Positions 46,744-56,568 of a DNA stretch of 64,000 nt are shown here, piece after piece. A model generated the notes under the pieces. That model was not told where the DNA came from, made no database searches, and saw nothing but the letters and a program-made list of their open reading frames with translations. Position numbers and translations under genes: made by a program. Position 1 is the stretch's first letter; each line of letters begins with the position of its first letter. The stretch lies in the sequence record MN850576.1, one strand, 5' to 3'. This DNA is from Escherichia phage ime.

Positions 46744-49341
46744 TTAAAGGTACAATCCACGGTATTGAGCATAGAGGCCCAGACCGCGAAGGATTTCGCC
46801 AGAGTGATAGCCTACCGGATCAGAAACTGCCCAGCAGCCGTTTAAAACATTATCCCCATTAATGAAGTGGTGCTTTTGCAGTAGCTTCACACAGGCCTCT
46901 ACAACAATATCTATTTGAGGTATTGTCTCTGAATACCCGCACAGACCTAGCCAGCAGCAACCTGCAAGCCATTCACCTACCACCCACATCCTGTCCCCTC
47001 TGTCTTGATAAGAATATCCCCCAGAGGTGTTAAAGTCTGTAGGCAGATTTCCTGAATGAGATGACTGGAATCTGTTGAGGAACCATGCCCATTTCTGGCA
47101 GAACAGGAACAGTCTTTCATCAACAGGTTCTTTATGTTTCTTGAGCTCATATATTGTGCGGCACGCAGCAACAAAAGATCTTGACTGGAGCTTAGAGTTA
47201 TCTACCATCTCCCACCAACCAGTCAACCCTTCATTACCTCTCTGCCATACATAACGTGAGGCAACTGGACCCTCTGTCTTAAATGTATTATTATACCAGA
47301 CTTGAGCGTCATACAGAAAGCCTATTGTATTTGACAATCTATGGCGATCTATGTTTTCTGCACCCATGCAGTAGACTGCTGGGTATTGCATGCCTGGGTA
47401 GGGCCAATTTGGCCTTTCCTCTAAGAGATAGTTTTCCTTATCTATCACCTTTCCGGCAGGGAACACACCTGGTGTGTGCCTGTATGCACCTTGCTTGTAG
47501 TTTCTAACATAGCAATCACCAACCTTAGCGGTTGATTCTGTCTTGCTTGCCATCCATACGCTAAACCAGATTAGATAAGCATCCCTATCTGCAATATAGA
47601 ATTGCGGCAGTGTGTTGACGCAATATAGATCAAACAAGCCATTACCTATCTGCCTGTCGCTTAGGGTGAAATCTACAGAGGTGAGTCCCTTAGGATTAGC
47701 AAAGAAAGGTTTAATCTCTTCTTCAGTGTGATGAGGTTGTGTCGGATCTAGTTTGAAATCTCCTAGAGTAAGAGTTTCTGTTATCCATTGTCCATTAGTG
47801 GCATATAGATCAGCATACCATAACCACCTGTCTTTGTCAAGAAATTTGACCCTTACCATCTCATCATCTGATCGATAAGTTACTGAGTTTAAAGAAATCT
47901 CTCTTCCAAAATTGAAAGTTACTTTGCCTCTTGCTATATTACAACGGGTGAAGTTGTCAGAGTGGTTGTAAATGTCAGTAGCGTACTGCATACTAACACT
48001 GGCACCACCGCTCACGGCAATATTTTCCTCTTTAGGTAAAAGGTACGGATTACCGTCTTTACCAACTACCTCTACGAAATCAGTAACCTTGGCAACTATT
48101 TCTGTTACCTCTGCCCCTCCAAAAGGAACCCCTATCCTGTACTGTTTTTTGTTATTGTTGCCATCATTAAGGATGAAATGTGGCTGGAACAGAACCCCTT
48201 CTCCTCCGAAATTCATAACAATTTCAGCATCTCTGCCTATTTTGTATGTAGTCCCTTTTTGAATTATTTCGCAAGGCTGGCGTGCGTTCATTCTAAAGTT
48301 GATATACCCGTCACTGTCTCTGCTCATGACAGGAACTGTTCCTGCAACAAGACAAGTACCGTCTGTAAACGGTGCCTTAATCAACGTGGTCTTTCTAAAC
48401 AGCTTGTCGTAGGCGTTTATATCACTGAAATTAAGCAACTTGTTGTAAGACTGTTTAAATGCGGTGTAATACTTTTCCTCACCTGTCAAGGTGTAGAGTT
48501 GATAACAAGCGTCACACCACATTTCTTCCCCGTCCAACTCTGGGGCCTGATTATCTGCAACCACGTTTATAGGATTTACAATTACAGGGGATCCAGCAGG
48601 TATCACCGATCCGCCCTGCTCTTGAGGTAATCTTACACAATAGGTCACCTTGTGGCTGCCTGTAACACCCTTATCTTGTAATTGGATTGTGCCGAACTCT
48701 ACAGACGTATGACCACTGTCGGCTATGCTACCGTTAGCCCAATAGCGGTTACCATCCCATGCTATGTACCACTCAACCCACCAACTTAATCCGGATGTTG
48801 TCCAATCTGGGTTAGCATCTGTGCCACCGTAAACATCAGAGTCTACAGTGTTTCTTCCTAACACACCGTTATACGCTTGGAATGCCTTGTCCAGGTATTC
48901 CCCCCATGTCGGAGATCCAGCTGGGATTTTTCCTCTACCGTTGGTAAAAGACACCACCACATCTTTAAACCCACCGTGTGATGGAACCCCATCTGTGGAT
49001 AGAGGGTAGTGGGACAATCTTTGCATTTTACTTTCTACGGCATATGCACCCAGAAGATGACTATTGTAAGCTTCCCAAGCATCTTTTGCCCTATCCAGAT
49101 AGAAATCGCTTTTCGATGCCCTATATGCTTCAATGTATCCCAGAATCAACACAGCTTGGGACTCATGCATTGCCCAATCATTATTTATCTTATTACCTGC
49201 CCACCCTGCAGCTATAAGACCATCAGGGTTTACTAGCTTATTTTGTGTAGGGGTGTTGGTAATACCTGTGTTGTTATCGAGGCACTTCCTGTGCCCCTCA
49301 ATCATCTGAAATACGTTATCAATGTTGTGTTGAATACGCAT
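46744..49341 (-). CDS. Tail-associated protein, possible glycosidase/depolymerase
   Basis: 865 aa, W/Y-rich; sits between two fibre genes that share an N-terminal module. Enzymatic call is weak. Confidence 0.35.
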   Translation of the reverse strand: MRIQHNIDNVFQMIEGHRKCLDNNTGITNTPTQNKLVNPDGLIAAGWAGNKINNDWAMHESQAVLILGYIEAYRASKSDFYLDRAKDAWEAYNSHLLGAYAVESKMQRLSHYPLSTDGVPSHGGFKDVVVSFTNGRGKIPAGSPTWGEYLDKAFQAYNGVLGRNTVDSDVYGGTDANPDWTTSGLSWWVEWYIAWDGNRYWANGSIADSGHTSVEFGTIQLQDKGVTGSHKVTYCVRLPQEQGGSVIPAGSPVIVNPINVVADNQAPELDGEEMWCDACYQLYTLTGEEKYYTAFKQSYNKLLNFSDINAYDKLFRKTTLIKAPFTDGTCLVAGTVPVMSRDSDGYINFRMNARQPCEIIQKGTTYKIGRDAEIVMNFGGEGVLFQPHFILNDGNNNKKQYRIGVPFGGAEVTEIVAKVTDFVEVVGKDGNPYLLPKEENIAVSGGASVSMQYATDIYNHSDNFTRCNIARGKVTFNFGREISLNSVTYRSDDEMVRVKFLDKDRWLWYADLYATNGQWITETLTLGDFKLDPTQPHHTEEEIKPFFANPKGLTSVDFTLSDRQIGNGLFDLYCVNTLPQFYIADRDAYLIWFSVWMASKTESTAKVGDCYVRNYKQGAYRHTPGVFPAGKVIDKENYLLEERPNWPYPGMQYPAVYCMGAENIDRHRLSNTIGFLYDAQVWYNNTFKTEGPVASRYVWQRGNEGLTGWWEMVDNSKLQSRSFVAACRTIYELKKHKEPVDERLFLFCQKWAWFLNRFQSSHSGNLPTDFNTSGGYSYQDRGDRMWVVGEWLAGCCWLGLCGYSETIPQIDIVVEACVKLLQKHHFINGDNVLNGCWAVSDPVGYHSGEILRGLGLYAQYRGLYL

Positions 49342-49342
49342 C

Positions 49343-50011
49343 TTAGATAGCTCCTGCGATAATCAGTGCCCCGTACCAAGTTAACCCGTTGTCGTAGGTT
49401 TCCAACTTGAAAATGTCTGTTGCACCAGCTGTAAATGTTAGGATAGGATCTCTTCCGTAGGACCATTTAACATTACCAGGCCAATAGACTTTGTTGCCGC
49501 CAGAGGTCTGAGTAATGCATACGGTTATAGTTCTCGCCACCCCTTCAAGACCTTCTGTTTGATTTTCAAAAGAGATTGTGGTATTTGAAGTTAGTCGAAC
49601 CTTAAAGGTATCCGCAACTTCAAGATCCATATCAAGCTGACCACCGATAGATCCGTAATCAACTATTCTGCCAGAAGAAGTTGCAGCAAGCTCACCAAAA
49701 ACAGACCAGGCATTTGCAGACACACCCCCAGCACCCTCTACAGTGGAGTCTGGGAGGATTATTTTAGGATAATCCCCGTTCCACGTGTAGTAGCGCTTAG
49801 TTTCTGGATCATAAGCAAAGTCCTTCTTGCTCTTAAGATAACCACCCTCTGTGAAATAGACTATTTTAGTAATGCTGAGATCGTTGACAACATCATCAAT
49901 CTTAGCCTTTCTTGTCCCATCAGTCTGGTTGACAACCAAGAAGTCATCACTCAGGACTGTTTCTGCATCTTCAAGATCTGGAATTGGTATTGTAGGATAA
50001 GCTACAGCCAT
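49343..50011 (-). CDS. Short fibre/adaptor protein with the same N-terminal attachment module
   Basis: 222 aa; LSDDFLVVNQTDGTRKAKIDDVV...FTEGG...DFAY aligns with the 1479-aa protein N-terminus. Confidence 0.5.
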   Translation of the reverse strand: MAVAYPTIPIPDLEDAETVLSDDFLVVNQTDGTRKAKIDDVVNDLSITKIVYFTEGGYLKSKKDFAYDPETKRYYTWNGDYPKIILPDSTVEGAGGVSANAWSVFGELAATSSGRIVDYGSIGGQLDMDLEVADTFKVRLTSNTTISFENQTEGLEGVARTITVCITQTSGGNKVYWPGNVKWSYGRDPILTFTAGATDIFKLETYDNGLTWYGALIIAGAI

Positions 50012-50020
50012 GATTTCTCC

Positions 50021-50737
50021 TTAGTTAACATCGATAGCACGACCAGACTGGTTGGCAATAGCCTCATCATTGGAGGTAGCAATAACACCAGAGTATTCGC
50101 GCTCATCTGGAGCAAGCGTCCAGGTATTGCGGTTAATGGTTTGTTCTGCCTCAGTCATCAGCAGATCTTTATCCTGAGTCAACAGAGAGCCTACAGGGAT
50201 CGGGTTTTCCATCTCAGGACCAGCATACTGGTTCCACCATGTGGCATCTCCGGTTCTAGGCAATCTGAAGTTGATCAGGTAGTACAGTTTATTAGCCCAC
50301 TTAATCCAACCTTCATCATCACAGAGAGAGGTTGTCCCAGAATCAGGCTGTGGGTAGGTAAACTGATCAAGACCTACAAAAGCCAGCCTTACAATCTCGT
50401 TCTCTTTGGTAACAACCTCAAAGAACGCTTGGTATGTTCTCGATCTTCGATCCATGGTAGACTGGAAGTTTACGATGTTTAGCACATCCGGCTCTTGTCT
50501 TGCCACTTCCATAATCTTGTTATCAAGAACAGTCTTCATGACCTTCTTACTGAGAAAGTCCATATAAGGGAAGCCAAACAACTCGTCAAAGTACCAGCTC
50601 CCCTTCCACGTATTAAACCTCATCCACAAGCGCTGGCGTAGACTTACCTGGTTTGAATCTATCAACTCAAGACCTTTGTCTATCGCCAAATCGCCTGTCT
50701 GTGGGTCCATCAATATATCACTATAAAGCGTAGCCAT
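50021..50737 (-). CDS. Baseplate/tail structural protein (by position)
   Basis: 238-aa ORF. Confidence 0.4.
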   Translation of the reverse strand: MATLYSDILMDPQTGDLAIDKGLELIDSNQVSLRQRLWMRFNTWKGSWYFDELFGFPYMDFLSKKVMKTVLDNKIMEVARQEPDVLNIVNFQSTMDRRSRTYQAFFEVVTKENEIVRLAFVGLDQFTYPQPDSGTTSLCDDEGWIKWANKLYYLINFRLPRTGDATWWNQYAGPEMENPIPVGSLLTQDKDLLMTEAEQTINRNTWTLAPDEREYSGVIATSNDEAIANQSGRAIDVN

Positions 50738-50749
50738 GAAAGCCCTCTA

Positions 50750-51427
50750 TTAGTGCGGTCCACTTGTCTCGCCATCAGGGCAAGAGTGGGTATGACCTTT
50801 ATATTCTGCATAGAATGAATCCAAATCCACGCCAGCAGCAGTTATAATTCTACCAGATGGGTCTATTGTAGCACCATTCATTCTGATATTCCCATCCACA
50901 GCAGCTCGCAAATTGGCAGCCCCGTTAGTGAAAGAAAACTCCCCGCTGCTGTCGCACCGTAATGTCCCACCAGGTGTTTGAAGCTCAAAATCGCCAGAAG
51001 GTGTCAGTTTAAAATAAACCCTATCATTCCATAACTCTACGTTATCAGGATCGATCTGTAAGGAGTTTGAGTCTGAATGAACAGAGGTGATTGCCCACCC
51101 TGGAAACAGGCCGTGAGTTTGTTGATCGTCGTTATTGTTTTCATTTCTCTCTGAAAACTGCAATCCTACAACATCTCCAGCCTTAATAGGGAGTGTTAAC
51201 CTTGCCTTTCCGCTGTTTGCAGACATCACCTGAATTGGAACGTCATAGATAAGAGGGTATCTCTCCACATCTCCGTCATCAAACGTAGTTTCAGCTATTG
51301 GCTGCACGGCTGCAGAAGGTATACTGTAGTCTACACTGACAACTCTGGCCCTGATACTGGTGTGGTAGTCCCTCATTATTTTTTCTATAAAAGATCTTAC
51401 AGCAGCATCTTTCCTATTTATTGCCAT
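50750..51427 (-). CDS. Baseplate spike-like protein (gpV/gp5 OB-fold-like)
   Basis: 225 aa; PIKAGDVVGLQFSERNEN resembles the P-x-GD-V-F-GD pattern of spike OB-folds. Confidence 0.35.
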   Translation of the reverse strand: MAINRKDAAVRSFIEKIMRDYHTSIRARVVSVDYSIPSAAVQPIAETTFDDGDVERYPLIYDVPIQVMSANSGKARLTLPIKAGDVVGLQFSERNENNNDDQQTHGLFPGWAITSVHSDSNSLQIDPDNVELWNDRVYFKLTPSGDFELQTPGGTLRCDSSGEFSFTNGAANLRAAVDGNIRMNGATIDPSGRIITAAGVDLDSFYAEYKGHTHSCPDGETSGPH

Positions 51428-52431
51428 TATACCTCCTCAGTTTTGTCAACAACTCCACCCACTGTTTCCCCAAGGCCAAGCTCTGTAGTGTAATCACCAC
51501 CTTCTATGGTGCCCTTATGATGCACCGTGATCACCTTATAGAAGCCTGTATATTGCTTGCTTTTAAGATAAATAGTGGACTCTGGGAGGATAGCTCCGTT
51601 AAGGCATGTGGTTACAGTAAGGCCAACATCCTCTCTCGGGTTTTTCTTTTTCTTTTTAGATGTCGAACCACCTTTGGCAGCAGCTTTAGCTTTTCGTTTT
51701 TTAGCAGGTTCTGGGTTTTTAGGGGTAGGAGATCCGTGCATCCCAGACTCTGCACTTATTTCAAACACAGAGTCTTTGAACCTTTTTCCAACCTTGGTCC
51801 AATACAAAGCCCCATCCTGAACGCTAAATGTTGAGTTGGTCAGCCTTGCAAACCTGCGGAGGTTCTCTGCAGTGTTTCCAGAGAAAGCCATAGAGTATTG
51901 CAAAGTCTGGTTTCCAAAACCAACAACCCTACCTTTTGGCAAGTTCATATCCTTCAGTAGGTCATTAAGCACAGAGTTCAGAGGTGTGCCTTTCTGATAA
52001 GATCTTGTGCTTTGGCACTTAATGATGTTCTCAGTGCCATCCCCAAAGATGAACTTAGTTTTTCTGGTAGGACCTTCCCATCTGTCTTCAACAAACTCCA
52101 CAGTTCCGGAGAATATCAACTGGTTCTCATTATCATAGCCAGCTTCAAACATAACTGCAAGGGCATCAGCCTGATGCATATCCAAGTAGTTAACTGTATC
52201 GTCAGACAGGTTGTAAACTGTCACATAACCTTTGTTTGGCTCTTTGGTATTGTCCTTTTGTATGTCAAACTCTATATTGGCGGCACCAGTGTCCGAGCTA
52301 ACTTCATAAACTCCGGAATCACTCTCCCCTTTCTTTTCAACAGATTTTGGGATATTGGTTTTTGATTTGCCGCCATGTTCTACAGGACGACCAAACAATA
52401 ATCGCCATGTTCTACGTCTGTACTCTGCCAT
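51427..52431 (-). CDS. Baseplate/tail protein with internal poly-Lys tract
   Basis: 334 aa; basic low-complexity tract PEPAKKRKAKAAAKGGSTSKKKKKNPRE encoded about 51660-51745. Confidence 0.45.
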   Translation of the reverse strand: MAEYRRRTWRLLFGRPVEHGGKSKTNIPKSVEKKGESDSGVYEVSSDTGAANIEFDIQKDNTKEPNKGYVTVYNLSDDTVNYLDMHQADALAVMFEAGYDNENQLIFSGTVEFVEDRWEGPTRKTKFIFGDGTENIIKCQSTRSYQKGTPLNSVLNDLLKDMNLPKGRVVGFGNQTLQYSMAFSGNTAENLRRFARLTNSTFSVQDGALYWTKVGKRFKDSVFEISAESGMHGSPTPKNPEPAKKRKAKAAAKGGSTSKKKKKNPREDVGLTVTTCLNGAILPESTIYLKSKQYTGFYKVITVHHKGTIEGGDYTTELGLGETVGGVVDKTEEV

Positions 52432-52811
52432 TATTCTAACCCTTGCTGTTCCTTGTAAAGATCAACCGGGGTGCCGTATACAAGTTGTAGCTCAGATCTC
52501 GCCCCAAGGTTATATCTTCCAACCCTGCCCCAATATTGATCGTCTTTAAACGACAGCGCCATCAGTCTACCTTTCGGTAAATCATCTCTGTAATGCAGTC
52601 CGTCTAAAATATCTTGACAAGCTGTTACTTTTCTGGTTACTAAAGGGCTGTCACCTACTGGACCAAGAGATAACCACCAGGACTCATCCCTCTCATTCCA
52701 TTGCATACGCATTTCATACGTTTCATTGTCTAAAACAACACGCATGGTTTGGTCAGGAAAGCCGTCAATGTCCCACACAAAGGTGATTATGCACCAATCT
52801 TTAAGCTCCAT
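52431..52811 (-). CDS. Hypothetical tail protein
   Basis: 126-aa ORF. Confidence 0.4.
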   Translation of the reverse strand: MELKDWCIITFVWDIDGFPDQTMRVVLDNETYEMRMQWNERDESWWLSLGPVGDSPLVTRKVTACQDILDGLHYRDDLPKGRLMALSFKDDQYWGRVGRYNLGARSELQLVYGTPVDLYKEQQGLE

Positions 52812-52823
52812 TATACGCTCCCC

Positions 52824-53708
52824 TTATTTCCCGTTAACTTTGTTGTAGTTTCCCTGCTCAGATGGGACTATGGTAGAAGGTCTTCCATATTCCTGATAAT
52901 ACCAATCCGCAGCCGATTGGGTAACACCGTTTTCATCTGTCCACATCATAGATTTGTATGGCTGCCACTCCTCTGCAGCGTTTGTGGATGCAGTGTCTGC
53001 GAATGCTCCTGTGTCCCTCTTGTTACCTACGTTACTACCATTCTTACAGTCGTTGACAGCACCTTTTTGTTGGGTCTTGCCTACTTTCTTAGGATTGCTG
53101 TATACAGTTGCATTAACAACCTTGTTCAAGTAGAATGTGCGGAACTCTGTAAGTTCTACATCAAAAACCATTGCAGCACCTTCACCAACAGACTTGTTGG
53201 CAGAAAGACTGGTTATGATGTAGTTCTCAAGAAGTCTCTCCTCGGTAACCAAAGAAACCAACTGTCGCTTATTGATAATCTCAGTCAAAGCCTCCAATGC
53301 AGCGCCTGGTCGCATAGATGCTGCAGGGTTTTTAGAGTCAGTATTCCTATCAATGTAGTTTTGCTCATAAATTATATGTGGGGATGTATTTACCCTACCA
53401 GTAAAAGAAAATACACCATCTTTAATTACAGCGTGGTCTGACATGGTAGATTTATCTTCCACTGCAAAACCAGTTTTATCAACAGAATGTTTGAAAGAAT
53501 AGTTCTCAACCTGGTCGAAGATAATGGCAAGATCGTTAGTAAAGTTTTTACCCTTCATCTCCGTATTGCGACCACCATAGTTAAGACCGCTGACAAACAT
53601 AGTATACTTTACATCGCTTTCAGTTTGCTGCTCTGCCTTTTCAGCCTTTGGAGATTTAACCTCTTGAGGCTTGTACAGGTCTTTTTCATCAACTATATTG
53701 CTTGGCAT
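52824..53708 (-). CDS. Hypothetical tail protein downstream of the tape measure
   Basis: 294-aa ORF. Confidence 0.45.
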   Translation of the reverse strand: MPSNIVDEKDLYKPQEVKSPKAEKAEQQTESDVKYTMFVSGLNYGGRNTEMKGKNFTNDLAIIFDQVENYSFKHSVDKTGFAVEDKSTMSDHAVIKDGVFSFTGRVNTSPHIIYEQNYIDRNTDSKNPAASMRPGAALEALTEIINKRQLVSLVTEERLLENYIITSLSANKSVGEGAAMVFDVELTEFRTFYLNKVVNATVYSNPKKVGKTQQKGAVNDCKNGSNVGNKRDTGAFADTASTNAAEEWQPYKSMMWTDENGVTQSAADWYYQEYGRPSTIVPSEQGNYNKVNGK

Positions 53709-53772
53709 AACCTCTCCAGGACACTCCTATACCATCTAGATATTGTATCATAAAATAGCTGTTTTTACAACA

Positions 53773-53801
53773 CCGATAAAATAAAGGGGGCCGGAGCCCC
53801 C
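53773..53801 (-). terminator. Rho-independent terminator after the tape-measure gene
   Basis: Minus-strand GGGGGCUCCGGCCCCC hairpin followed by UUUAUUUUAU. Confidence 0.6.
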
Positions 53802-53812
53802 TTCACAGTTTA

Positions 53813-56149
53813 TTACCAAAGGTCGGTAGACATGAAGTTGATATCTTTATTGTTCTCCCACTCAAGTTTTGCATCAAATATTTTGTTAAACTCACCCTCA
53901 TCTATTGAAATCGTGATTTTCCCATCACTGATCTCTAAAGGTAGCATTTCCATAGTTCTTAATTGAGAAGCAAAACCAGGGCCACCCGGCAACGGAAGAG
54001 TCCCGCCAGGTAAGGTGTCCAAAGGATTAACAAACCCGTTACCTCCCGATATGATATCTTTGCGAATCATATCGCTGATAGTATCCAGCTGCTGATTTCT
54101 TTCACTTAGTGGGTTGTAACGGTCATTAAATAATTCCCCGGCGCTTAGTATTGTACCGATAATGCCCAGCTTACCGAGCAGACCAACTTTGCCACCAGGT
54201 GTCTTGAGGCCACCCCCACCTTTTCCTGCCGGAGCTCCACCACCAGATCCTTCTGTAGTAGCGGCACCCGCTGCTCCAGCTGCACCCCTTAGAGAGTTAA
54301 GGAATTTAAAGGTTTTTACAAGCATGGATGCCATGACAAAACCTTTTGTTAGGGCGTTGACTACCAGCATGATGGCAGCAGCAAACCCTGCCCATTTAGC
54401 ATAGCTAAAGGTGTCATGAAGCTCTTCAGAATATTCCTTCGTCTTAGCTGTTATGAATCCCCATTTAATCCCCCATTCAAGGAAAAACATGCGGATCTTG
54501 ACTATAGTGTTGTTTAGTTCACCAACTGCCCAGTTAAGGCCTCTCACAAACCCGCTAACAAAATCACCAGAGGCATCCCACACAAATTGCAGAGTCTCAC
54601 CAGTGCGGATTAGTGTATAATAGAACTCTGTTAGTTCGTCAGACCAACGGGTGAACAGTTTCTGACGAGTCAGTTCGATGAAGGTTTTCAGTCTGTTTTC
54701 TGCCAGCACGTTAGACTTCTGCATTCTTTCATAACCAGCTGCAGATGCCTCGTTCATGTACTTAGCCACATACTTCATGATCTTGGCTGTTTTAACCTCA
54801 CCTTTCTTCATCATGTCCATGAACTGATCCATGGAGAGTTCAGAAAGACCAAAAGCCTCTTTGGTGGCCTTGATAAAAGGTTCGTATGCACCAGGCAATG
54901 CTTCAGCAAGTTGTTGCTTCAGTTCTTCGGACATTACTTGTCCCTTGCCAAGCATCTGTTGGATAGCCATAATACCGCGCTGGTATTTTACCTCATCGGC
55001 ACCATAAGCAGCAGCATACTGTGAGTATGCAGAAAACAGCTCATGCACTTCCTGATTTGTCATCTGGTTTTTGGCGTTTACCGACATCTGGGCGTAACCT
55101 TGAAGACCAGATTTGAGATCAAAACCAAGACGCATAGCCTCTTGCTGGACAAACGCAACCTCACTGTTGGCTTTGTTTGGATCTCCAGTAACAGCAGTAA
55201 GAGCAGCACTTGCCCCCTCCATCATGTGACCGGATCTGTTAACCGCAGCAAATCCAGAAAAAGCCGTATACGCAGCTGTTGCATTAATAACAGATCTACG
55301 TAAGTCTCTCATGGCATCGCCTAGTGTAAGCGTTTGGCTGGTGGCGCTTTTAAATCCAGACTGCAGCGCTGACAAGTGGGCGTTAAATGTTGACTTTTTC
55401 ATCTCCCCACGAGCAAACCTGGACTCTAACTCTGAGTATCCTGGCAAGCTTCCACGGAATCCGGCACCATACTTGGCAGAAAGTCTTATCGCGGAGTTGT
55501 AGAGGTGGGTTCTCCTTGCCTCACGATCCGACATAAGCCTATTATCCATGCCAGCCTTACCGTCCCTTCTTAGCTGTCTATGATAACGATTCATAGCGGC
55601 TGTCTGCGCTTTCACAAGATTAGGGTCGGAAGCCACACCACCCATATTAGGGTTACCGGGGATATATTTGAAAGATTTGGCATTAGCCAGAACTCTTGCC
55701 TTAGGTGCCTTATAACCACCGTAAGACACTGGTGCAGATTTGGCAGCCTTTTTGGCCTCTTTAGCTTGCTGCTGGTAGAACTTACGCATCCTAGCCATTT
55801 CTGGATTTTTAGCGGTAAGATTGCCTACAGCTTGTTTACGTCTCGCATTCTCCCTACGTTCTATTGCAGCTCTTACTGCAGCCTCTTTCTTGGCCTGTGC
55901 TACGCTCTCCCTGTGCAGCTTAGCATTTGCCTGAGATTGCTGTCTGGCAACCCGCTGCATTGTCTGCTGGGTTTTAACAGCTACCGCCTGCCATCTGCTC
56001 ATGGGGTTGGCTGAGTTAAAATCCTCACCTAGTTTCCTGAACTCCCTCCCAATACTGCGAATTTTCTCTACAGCTTTTTTGTAGGAGGAGTTCTCTATCT
56101 CAAAGCCAATCTTGTTGACTGTTGTGGCAACTATTTTGTTTGTAGCCAT
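53813..56149 (-). CDS. Tail tape measure protein
   Basis: 778 aa, A/K/Q/R-rich helical composition; immediately downstream of the frameshifted chaperone pair; SD GAGGAAACC before the ATG. Confidence 0.7.
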   Translation of the reverse strand: MATNKIVATTVNKIGFEIENSSYKKAVEKIRSIGREFRKLGEDFNSANPMSRWQAVAVKTQQTMQRVARQQSQANAKLHRESVAQAKKEAAVRAAIERRENARRKQAVGNLTAKNPEMARMRKFYQQQAKEAKKAAKSAPVSYGGYKAPKARVLANAKSFKYIPGNPNMGGVASDPNLVKAQTAAMNRYHRQLRRDGKAGMDNRLMSDREARRTHLYNSAIRLSAKYGAGFRGSLPGYSELESRFARGEMKKSTFNAHLSALQSGFKSATSQTLTLGDAMRDLRRSVINATAAYTAFSGFAAVNRSGHMMEGASAALTAVTGDPNKANSEVAFVQQEAMRLGFDLKSGLQGYAQMSVNAKNQMTNQEVHELFSAYSQYAAAYGADEVKYQRGIMAIQQMLGKGQVMSEELKQQLAEALPGAYEPFIKATKEAFGLSELSMDQFMDMMKKGEVKTAKIMKYVAKYMNEASAAGYERMQKSNVLAENRLKTFIELTRQKLFTRWSDELTEFYYTLIRTGETLQFVWDASGDFVSGFVRGLNWAVGELNNTIVKIRMFFLEWGIKWGFITAKTKEYSEELHDTFSYAKWAGFAAAIMLVVNALTKGFVMASMLVKTFKFLNSLRGAAGAAGAATTEGSGGGAPAGKGGGGLKTPGGKVGLLGKLGIIGTILSAGELFNDRYNPLSERNQQLDTISDMIRKDIISGGNGFVNPLDTLPGGTLPLPGGPGFASQLRTMEMLPLEISDGKITISIDEGEFNKIFDAKLEWENNKDINFMSTDLW

Positions 56150-56163
56150 GGTTTCCTCATAAT

Positions 56164-56198
56164 AAAAAGGGCCAGATCCCAGAAAAGGAATCCGGCCC
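56164..56198 (-). terminator. Strong hairpin plus U-tract between chaperone and tape-measure genes (attenuator?)
   Basis: Minus-strand GGGCCGGAUUCC-UUUUCU-GGGAUCUGGCCC (12-bp stem, 2 G-U pairs) followed by UUUUUAUUAU, ending about 15 nt before the tape-measure ATG. Confidence 0.5.
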
Positions 56199-56203
56199 TT
56201 AGA

Positions 56204-56568
56204 TTATCCTCTCCTGCGCTTAGCTTTCGCAGCAGCTGCGGCAGCCTTCTGCTCCCGCTCCATTTCCCTGTTTTGGACGGTATCTAGGAATTCTTCGATA
56301 TCAAGATACTCACAGAGCTTCAGAAAATACGCCATATCTGCAAGATTTAGCGATTCAAAATTTTCCCCTTTGAAATTCTTGAGCACCCTGCACCAAAGAA
56401 AGTCGAACCAGTTGAGTGAACTGTTCTTGGCTGCCCACTCACTGGCCCTCACAACAACCTTGCTTATTCCTGCTCTTCCGGAGTCTGATCCAGGTTGTTC
56501 ACCTGCTGAATCATACCCATCTGCTGTAACATCTCCAGAAGGCTTCCTAAACCGTCTTGTGTGAAAAA
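56204..56568 (-). CDS. Tail assembly chaperone -1 frameshift extension (GT-like)
   Basis: The -1 frame relative to 56464..56937 is open from the slippery site 56563-56569 to the stop at 56204; the listed ORF 56204..56452 is the tail of this frame. Confidence 0.6.

Noticed and set aside
46744-49341. Calling the 865-aa protein a capsule depolymerase
   Set aside because: This rests only on W/Y-rich composition and genomic context; I could not identify catalytic motifs, so it is kept as a low-confidence possibility.
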